The notes beneath the pieces were generated by a model. The model saw nothing but the letters and a program-made list of their open reading frames with translations. It ran no database searches and was not told where the DNA came from. DNA of 64,000 bases from Candidatus Omnitrophota bacterium (GTDB taxonomy: Bacteria > Omnitrophota > Gorgyraeia > JABMRG01 > JAFGKX01), in the NCBI GenBank assembly GCA_043797125.1, contig JAZDPX010000023.1:67098-131097 (forward strand). Direction: 5' to 3'. The translations under genes and the position numbers were made by a program. This document shows positions 38,160 through 47,800 of the stretch, in pieces. Position 1 is the first letter of the stretch. Each line of letters begins with the position of its first letter.

Positions 38160-38520
38160 TCGTAAGCCATTCCCGTAAAAACACGCTCCAGATTTGGGCA
38201 AAACTATAGTCGTTCGGCCGGGGCCCCTCCGAAATTCCCTCGTGGGTTTTTACAGAGAAGAAGTCCTCGGTCAGTTTCGGTGTCCCCAGCCTGCCTGCCT
38301 GACGGTAGGCAGGCACTCCTATGTTTTGCCTACAACCAAAACTAGCAAGCCAAATCTTCCGCTATTGTTTTTACGGGAATGGCTTATTCGCTTTGGGTGC
38401 AAAAGATTTGGAAAATTTTTTTATGTCTCGCTCACAATGCCCCTTCGCTGTCATTCCCGCGAAACCTGTCCCCGCGAAAAAGGGGAGCGAGGATGACAAG
38501 CTGTTGCTTGTACTTTTTTA
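38160..38520. repeat. intergenic REP/MITE-like palindromic elements: 17-bp inverted repeat GCCATTCCCGTAAAAAC (38168) / GTTTTTACGGGAATGGC (38378); hairpin GCCTGCCTGCCTGACGGTAGGCAGGCAC (38285-38312); inverted copy of TTTCGCGGGAATGAC at 38450-38464; segments similar to 640-790
   Basis: read directly. Confidence 0.55.
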
Positions 38521-38548
38521 TTGACAATATAATTATTATATATATAAT
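38521..38548 (+). promoter_or_regulatory. sigma70 consensus promoter (TTGACA, 16 bp spacer, TATAAT) ~270 nt upstream of the giant ORF; second candidate TTGACT, 17 bp spacer, TATACT at 38666-38694
   Basis: read directly. Confidence 0.45.
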
Positions 38549-38818
38549 ATGAATAGATAAGCTTCATTATCGAGCGAATCACATTCGCTTTAATTGTTTG
38601 TAATTGTCAGGAGTAGCGCAGAAGACAAACACATCAGAAAAATTATCCAAATTAAGCTCGGAACCTTGACTTTTCTAGTTAAATATGTTATACTTACTAC
38701 GGGACTTAAAAAAGCATTTAATAATAAATAAAAAAATATGAAATAAAGACGATAAAACAATTTTCCATCTTCCACAATAAAGAAATAAATTTAGTCTCCT
38801 AAGGGGGTTAGGGGCAAA

Positions 38819-41800
38819 ATGATAAAACAGGCTACGGGAAGATATAGTTTTATTTTAAAAGCTATAAGTCTTACTATAGCCTTTTGTTTTACTATACAGC
38901 AGATCTGCTGGGGCGCAGACGGAACGCATCTTTGGAGTTTGATAAAAGGCAACCAGGTATTAAATGCTCAAGCAAGCGATTTCGTTAAGCTTCGCGATAT
39001 TTCCATCCCCGAAGATTACGGCATTGTCAGAGAAATTTTTGATGCCGGCAACAACCGCGTAATAATCCACATACAAGACGCGCACTCGAATTTAGGCGCG
39101 CAGGAATCTATAAGCAGGCTCCTTGACGCTTTAGAAAAAAGCTACAACCTCAGACTGGTTTCTCTTGAAGGCGCCTACGGTTTCGTGGATACCTCTACGC
39201 TTTCATGCCATCCGGATAACAGCACAAGAAAAGACCTTGCCAGGTATTTCCTGAATCGCGGCAAAATTAACGCCGCGGAATACTATAAAATAACATCAAA
39301 ATCCAGAGTGAAATTATACGGCGCAGAAACCCCCCAACTTTACAGGGATAATATCGCCGCTTATGTGGAATCGCTTGCCAATAAAGGCGAAATTCACAAA
39401 GCAATTATTACGCTAAAAAAGACATCTCAGGATTTGAAAGAAAAGGCCTACACAAAAAGCTTATTGGAACTGGATGCGAAAAGCATAGCCTATAAAACCG
39501 AAGGCATATCCTTTAAAGAATACTGGCAATATTTGGGCAACATAGCCCGTTCTTTATCGATAGATATATCCGGATATGAAAACGTGTCCCTGCTTCTTAA
39601 GGCATCCGCCTTGGAGGAAAAGACTGATTTTAAAAAAGCCGAACAGCAGCGAAAGGAGCTTATAGATATAATTTCGGATAAGCTCCCAAAGGATGACATA
39701 AAAGGACTGCTTGAAGAAAGCGTGTCTTTCGGATTGAATAAAATCCCGGCCTCCACCTTTCATAAGCACCTATTCGATTTAGCCGCAAAGGCCGGAACAG
39801 ACCCGGCAAAGTATCCGGACATCAGCAATTACGGCCAATATATCAATATGCACGAGTCCATATCCCAGGACAGGCTTTTTGAGGAAATTGATGAATTGGC
39901 GCTGCAGATAGAGGAAAAGTTATTCCAGAACGACGAGCAAAGACAGCTCGCAAAAGTGGCAAGAAACGCTGATATATTAGTAGACCTTCTGGACGCAAAG
40001 ATAATAAATAAAGACCTCGCGTATTATAAAACCCACCGCGATGAATTTATTCCCCAGGCGATAGCGCATAAGCTTACCAAGCTGATGGTAAAGCATAATA
40101 TAACCGCGAATCTGGTGCCTGATATGAGGGTTGTGGCAAAGGCCCTTCCGGTAGTAGAAAGATTTTACGATGTCGCCGAAAAAAGAAACAAGGCCCTGGT
40201 TGAAAACACCCTTGCCAAGATGGAAAAAGATAAGCGCCAGTTGTCGGTTTTAATAACAGGCGGTTTTCATACGGAAGGAATAAAGGAATTGCTGAAAGAC
40301 AAAGGCGTCTCTTACGTAGTCGTGCTTCCAAAATTCTCCCATAACGCGTTAGAGAGGCCGTATGAGGATGTCATCTTAAATAAGAAAGAGCCGTTTGAGG
40401 AAATACTTTCAAATAACGAATACTACCTCGCCCCCGCAAGCATATTCTCTAATTTTCAAAACAATCTTGAAATTCTTGTTGCCATGGCTACGTTAGGCAT
40501 GTACCTGGGCGTAACCTGGATAAAAGAAAATAAAGACCCAACCGAGCAAATACCCGCCTTGCTGAATATTTTAGGGTTAGAAAGACAGAGCATAATAAGA
40601 GAGGGCGAAACCCCCGGGCCAGTTGAATTAAGCCAGATAAAGAATGCTTTTAGTTTCGACTTTGTATTTGAAAATGAAAACGATAAAGGAACTTCTATTT
40701 TGGCGCATTTTCACAATAATTTTTTCAGGATAACAAGGTATAAAAACCCGGAACAGCAAGAAAGGCCTTTCGATATACTGCTTCTGGAAGGCGATGAAAA
40801 AATATCTGCCGCGGCATCGTTTAAGAAGCCCGCGTTAGCAGCTAAACAGCCCAGCGAAGAGGCCCAGCAGATAGTTGACAGCCTTGTTTTAGCGCAAAGG
40901 AGCATTACTAAAGAGGCCGATGAAAAACTTCAGGCGCAGTTTAAAATTAAAATATTGGAGCTTTTGGATGCAATAGAAACACCGGACGATTTTGAGGGCG
41001 CTACATTTAAAATCAAGCTGGGTAAACTTGTAAGGAATTATGATTTTAACGAAACTCTTAAACAGCAGATAGTTGATGATTTTATAAAAAGGAAAAAAGA
41101 TGAACTGAAGCCTGGACTTACTCAATCCTTTAAGAGAAAAGAAGCAGAGAGAAAAAAGGCGGAGCAAATAGAAGAGAAAATAGTAAAAAGCATAAGAATC
41201 AAGACAGAGGAGCTTAGTAAAACCGATCAGGCTGCGCTTGCGGATATCGTAGCGATTCATAATTCGCTTTACGATTTAAAAAAGAGCCTGCTTGAGGTAA
41301 GGCAAGAGCTAAAGGCTTTGCGAACCGACTGTTTTGATGCAGGCGCAATAATTGACTGGAACGAATGGGAGTACGACCCTGATAATCCCGACCGGATCTA
41401 CCAGATAAAAGCCCCAGAATCATACACAGCTACAAGAAACCCTGAAGACGGAAAATTTTATGTTAATACCGACGCGGGCGGCAGAGGATACGGGCCTGCA
41501 ACACCCAGCCCTGATGAGCTTGAGGAAGCCGAAGCAGTAAAAGCTATTCAAGAAAAACTGAATGAACTGTTTGAGCAAGCGAAAGAAGCGCATAAGAAAA
41601 CTTTAGAGATATTCAAAGAAAAGGCACCGCATGCGACTTTGCTGGGCAAGATTTTAAACGAAAGGAAGAGTGACACAACTAAGGCCTTCTATGCATACAA
41701 GCAACAGCTGTCAGGCCTGCAAAGCAAATCCAAAAACAAGGACAGGTTTGACAGTATAATAAACGGCCCTGTTAAAAAGATAGATGAATATTTTTCGGAA

Positions 41801-44800
41801 ATTGATAACGAGATAGAACTTCTCGTTGAGCTTTTTACAGACACAATAAAGCAGCCGACAGAAGGCTTAAACTCTGCGCTGGCGTCAATAGAAACGCAAG
41901 AATTGCCGGATATCATAAAGTTGATAAACAAGGCAATCGATGAGTACGAGTCAATACAAAAGGCTTATGAGAAGGCAGTGCTTGAATTAGGAATCTGGCG
42001 GCAGTTTGAAGAAAACAACCCGGATAAACAGGTTGCAGAAAAAATTGAGAAAATGCTATTAAGCATTAAAAACGTCAACACCGTGTATAAAAACGCGACA
42101 GGCGAAATGTATAAAAGCGACAAAATAACTGATCGTATAAAAAGCGCCTACGAAAATGCGCAGAAATTGTTTGAAGCCGAAGCGGACGAGGCTAAAGAAG
42201 CGCTAAAGACAGAGCAAATCCGTAAGACCCTAAAGCCGAAAGACCCTACCATAAAAGGGCTAGCTGAATTGTTAACGCTATATTCAAAAAAACACAACAA
42301 ACAACTTTTTTCGTATTCATACGCAGACATGGAAACAATTGTGGAATTAGCAAAACTGGTTAATCTGCCGGTTGATTGTACGCACGTATTCGATGTTATA
42401 GATAAAAAGCGCAAGGAACATAGGCAAAAAGTAGATGCTGAATTCCAGAATTTGGTGAATGAAGCAATAGGAAATACGGTTGCCGAAGCAGAACAGATAG
42501 CTACTGAGGCAAAAAAGGAAGTTATTGCTGGGTTTGAGCCAGAAAAGGTTACAGCATTTATTGACATGCTTGCCGAGAAACAAAAAGCAATAATGGAATC
42601 CGGCATGGTCCCAGGGTATGAAAATTTTATAGCAAATTCGGAAGTGTGGTTTGCCTTTGATGGCAAAACCGGCGAAGAGTCACGAGACATTACAGCAGAA
42701 AAATTTCATGATTTAATGGATAAGGCAATGGGTCTTAGTCTGAGCATAGATCAGCATATAGCAAGTCAGATAATAGATAATGCCGAAAATCTACTACAGG
42801 AACAGGAAATAAACCCGGATGTAGCCAAAAGTAAAATAACGGAGATTTTTGACATAGCTGAACGACACTTTGAAGCTAAAAAAAAGGAATACTGGTTTGA
42901 CGGCGCTCTACAAGAGCTATCAGAAGAACAAGGTATTTTATTTAACTCTATAACTACAGAGTTAGTGCAAAAAAAGAAGGAATGCCTTGATAAAATTGAG
43001 AAATTAGAAAAAACCCAAGAAACAATTGAAGGAGAAGAGACGCCTCTGACATCTGTTGATCTGGAGAAAGAGATAAATGAAATCCTTGAAAAGGAAGAAG
43101 AGAAGCCCCCTGTTATCGAGGAGGACGTATTCGAACTCATTGAAAAAATAGAAGAGAAAGAAGACGAGACACAAAAGGAAGAAGAAAAACTGGAAAGAGA
43201 AACCGAGCTTAAGGATTTGATTAAGCAGGAAAAAGAAAGGCAAACAAAAGCAGAAGACGAACAGAAGCCAAAAATCGAAGAAACAACAACGGAACAATTA
43301 GCGAAAGAAGTTGAAAAATTAGTAAGCGGGCTTTCCGATGGCGAACTTAAGGCCATAGAAGAGCTCAGGGTAATGTTGTATGAAAACGAAGACAACGCTG
43401 AAAACGCAAAGTTTCTTGAGCTTTACAATAAGGCAAAGCAGGCTTTTGAAAAGGCCATGGAGGCGGCATTAGGCAAAGACTACGAAGAAGGTTTGAGGCC
43501 ATGGCAAGAGGCAGGGGCAAAAGCGCTTTTATCAGGCAGGCTGCTTAAGCTCAAGGCGGGTAAAGGTAAGACATTGTCAGCGGAACTGGCGTTTTATATT
43601 ATGGCGCTCGGCATAATAGAAAGGCATAAAAGAAAAGACTTAAAAACCCAAAAAGACGCCATTATATTCACCGCGCATAACGAGAAAATGGCCAGGGATA
43701 ATGCGAAAGAAGCGGCAAAGGTGCTGGGCTGTTTACACGAGGAAATTAAAATAGTGCGCCTCAAGCCTAACCCAGAAGGCGGGGAGCCGCTGGCGTATAT
43801 CTACGATAAACATGGCGACGCTACGTCAATAACGCTTAAAAGCGCCTTTGAACAAGGCACTATTTTTGTCGGCACGCCTGATGTGTTTATCCACCGCGCC
43901 GGTACAGAGAGAAGAACGGCGGACAGCGACGAAATTTATTTTTTGAAGAGAGAATATAATTTGGTATGTGATGAAGTTGACCTGCCCGCCATGTATAACC
44001 TGGCGATGCCTCATAATATAGCGATGCCGGTTGACCAGGGAAGCGACCATTATAAATACGGTGTAGCCTTTGCCGAGAAGGCAATGGAAATAGCGTTAGC
44101 AATGCAGGGCTTACCCGGCCAATATTATGAGATCCCTGAGGGTTCTAAAACCGTTATATTGACAGAAGGAACGTTTGGCAAAAACGGAGTGAAATTTACG
44201 CGGGAGTTTATTAAGGAAGATACCGAAATACAAAATATCGATTATCTTAGAAACTTAAGCATTGACGAATGGGTAGAACAGGTTGAGGCATCGCTGGCCG
44301 CGTTAAAGTGTTTTCGTATAGATGATGATTACAGAATAGAAAACGGCGAAATTGTTATCATATGTAAAGTAACAGGCGCTTCCCTGCGCGGCAGCAGGTG
44401 GAATTACGGTATTCATACCGCCGTAGAAGTAAAAGAGGTTGTGATAAATCAACAAAAGATTGAAATACATCCTCCTGCTTCAGAAACAGCTGTGTCTATG
44501 GCATTTAATACATTCTTGCGCGTAAACAATATAAAAGGCAGGCCCCTTATAAAAAGAGACAGTACAGCAGAATCAACAAAAGGAAAATTCACAGGCATGA
44601 GCGCTACTATTGACGAGGTGTTTTTCATTAAAATTCATGGTTTAAAAACAGCGGATATGGGAGATATTGTAGATAAATGGGAAAAGAAAAATGGCTATCC
44701 GGAACTTGATATAGAGCCAACCGAGCTATATATGACAAACAACGAAAAATGGGCTGCTATACTGGCAAAGGTAAAACAGATTCATACTGATGAAGAAAGC

Positions 44801-47800
44801 AAGGAATATAGAAGGCCTATATATATGCATGTTGAGGATAAGGATATAGATTATGCGAAAGAAGTGATAACCAAATTAGGGCTTATTGACGCAGAGATAA
44901 AAGTGATAAAGGCAGCTTACAGCGAAGAAGAAATAAAAGATATGAGAAAAGAGTTAGGCTTGCAAAAAAGATCTGACATAAGCAACGATGAAATTGAGGA
45001 AAAGGCTATTGATAAATACCTAGAGAAAGCCGGTTTCCTTGGCAGAATAACGCTTGTTACGCATTTAGGTGGTCGCGGCGTTAATCCCAAACTGCCGAAA
45101 GAAGGCAGCCTAGAAAGAGATTTTGTAATCAAAGCAGGCGGCCTTCTGACAATCTCTACTTCTGTTGATGAACTTGAAGATACGGAAATACAGTTCCAGA
45201 ACAGGGCCGCGAGAAACCAGGAACCCGGCGGTTACAAAGCATACTGGTCTATGCAGGATACTCTTATAAGCGTAGAAGCCAAAAAGGCACTTTCTGAGTC
45301 ATATCCTAAACTGGAGAATATTTTAAGCAGGGATAAACCAGATAAAAAGCTGATTAAGAAAATAGTCGGGCGTATACGTGAGGTTATAAAAGAAAAAAGG
45401 ATATATAGCGCGACTGAGCAGGAACAGATGCAGGAGGAGCTTGATAAATATAACGATGAATTTTTAAGAGGGTTTGCCCTTCTGCGGAATAAACAAGGAT
45501 TCTATGATGACGTAGTAATGCAAGCTGCGGATAACAAAGCTTACATTGAAAAGGCAGCAAGTGAAATAGCTGAAATTATAACGCAAAAAGACGAAAAGGA
45601 TAAAAAGGCGGAACTGGCAACGCAGATTAAACGCAGGATTATGAATGTAAGCGAGGCTGCGCAATTGAATATGGGCGAGCAGGAGCGTAATCGCCTTGAT
45701 TCAGCCTGTAATTTTATGGCTGATAAATTGTTATCAGAAGCAAATAAGGCGTCCCTAACAGGCGCGATTACCCGCTATATCGAAGAATACATAAGAGAGC
45801 AATTTATACATATAACGGAAGAAGGCTCAGTCAGCTTCTTAAGCAGGGCTGAAAAATTAAAATTCCAGTTAGACAGATTTATTACAAGGTATGGCGAATT
45901 AAACCAGCAAGCCTTGCCTTTTGACAAGGTTAGCGCGTATAAGGTGCTGATTAAGCAATTTGCGTATGAAGAAAAACTCAAGATGGACAAGGAAAAGGCC
46001 GCCATATTATATTCATTCACGGAAAAAGGCGCCGAAGAATATAAAAAGGCGATTGAGAAAAAGGCCGCGTTAGACGCTCAAATGAACCGGCATATAGACG
46101 GGGTATTTAAGGATATTCAGGAATTGACGTCAGAGTTAGCAAGCATCGCGGCAGAACTCATCGAAATTTATGTAGAAATGGAAAAATTCATCGAAGAGAC
46201 AGCGAGTGAGATAGCTGAAATTGTAACGCTGGCAGAAGACGCCGCGAAAGAGCTGGCAACGCAGATTAAGCGCAGGATTATGAACGTAGACGAAGACACA
46301 GAGAACAATATGGACAAGGAAAAACGCGACAAGCTCAATTTATACTGCCTTGCTACAGCAGTTAACTTGTTGCTTGAGATGACAATAAGCGAAGCGCCGT
46401 TAAAAGATGTAATCGCCGGCTGGATTGCGCAATACATAAAAAAGATATCCAAGCAGATGGAAGGAAAAGAGATTAAAGAAGAAGAGATTGAAGAAAAAGA
46501 AGAAGTCCCTCCCGAAGAAGAAGTTGAAGAAGCGCCCGAAGAGTTGCCTGTTCCTGAAGAAATAACAGAAATAGAGGCTCCTGTTTCGGGCCTGAAGTAT
46601 TTTTGGACAAGGCTTCTGCCCTTAGCGTCAATTTTTGGAATTGGATGGCTATTATACAGGTGGCTGTTTAATTTTATAGGGCTAAACACAATAATTAAAA
46701 TGGCCGCGCAAGGAGATGTTGGCGGTATAGGAAGCATTATACCAAATATTTTATCAGGCAATACAGGCATTCCTATGTGGGTTTTGATTGCGGTAATAGG
46801 AATTTCACTTGCCATATACTTTATTACCAAGCCCCTTATGGAAAAATTTAACAGCATAAAAGCGGAAGCTCCGGTAAGAGAATATTTTGGTGGCGTGCTC
46901 AAGTTTTCTCCGGCAGCTTTACCAACAGTTTTTTTATTTGTTACGACAATCTTATCCATCGGTTTATTTTTTCCGAGCATTATAATTGTAGTGCTTGCGA
47001 CAATAAAAGGCGTGTCTGTAGCGGGGGTTTTAGCAGGAGCGCTTAACGCAGTCGCAATATTAAGCGTTTTGGCTGCGGCCTCACAATTAATAATGGTAAG
47101 GATGTATTACAGCGCCAATAAGGAGACACCACAGCAGCAAATAGGCAAGCCAAAAAGATTCTTCAGGGCTTTTACAGCCTCTGTTATGGCTTCCGCAACC
47201 ATATTTTTGCCTTTTGTCATCTTAACTTATGCAAATCCAATTGCGTATGTTCTCAGCGTATTTTTGGCAGTAGTGTGGTATATAGCTGTTCTTGCGCACA
47301 GGGCAATAAGGGCAGGATTATATAAAGGCTTATCGCAGTTTATGCGCGATGTAATAGGAGGGGAAAGGTTTATTCAGCCTGAAGCGCATATGAAATGGTC
47401 TTATACCGGGGTGATAACAGGCGTCGCATTTTATACGCTGCTTTTAAGAGTTTCGCTTGCAGCCTGGGCAATGCCTGCGGCGATATTTTTATTAGGCATT
47501 TTTACCATTAACCTGATTTTTTATTTAAAGGCGCAATATACACAGTCAAAACTAATGTCTAAATTTGTAGACGCAGACACGAAATTCAAATTTATTATTC
47601 AGGATGCAATAATCTACTGCAGGAAACTCGTGCCGTCCGCGGCAGCTGCCGGCTCTGCGGCAGGTTTTCTGTGGGATACGTTGACCAAGGACATGACTCC
47701 CATATCTTCCACAACCCTCTTAGTGATAGGCGCTGTTTTGGTAGGCGTGCTTTTAATATCCATCGCGGCAAAATCGCGTATTCATACCCGGCTTTCCTAT

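Noticed and set aside
43480-45270. Possibility that the SecA-like segment is simply the organism's stand-alone secA gene
   Set aside because: There is no stop codon or plausible start site on either side. The frame is continuous from 38819 through this segment to 64000.
46596-47775. Calling the internal membrane module SecY
   Set aside because: Only the helix count fits. I cannot recognise SecY signature motifs by eye, so it is left as a hypothesis.
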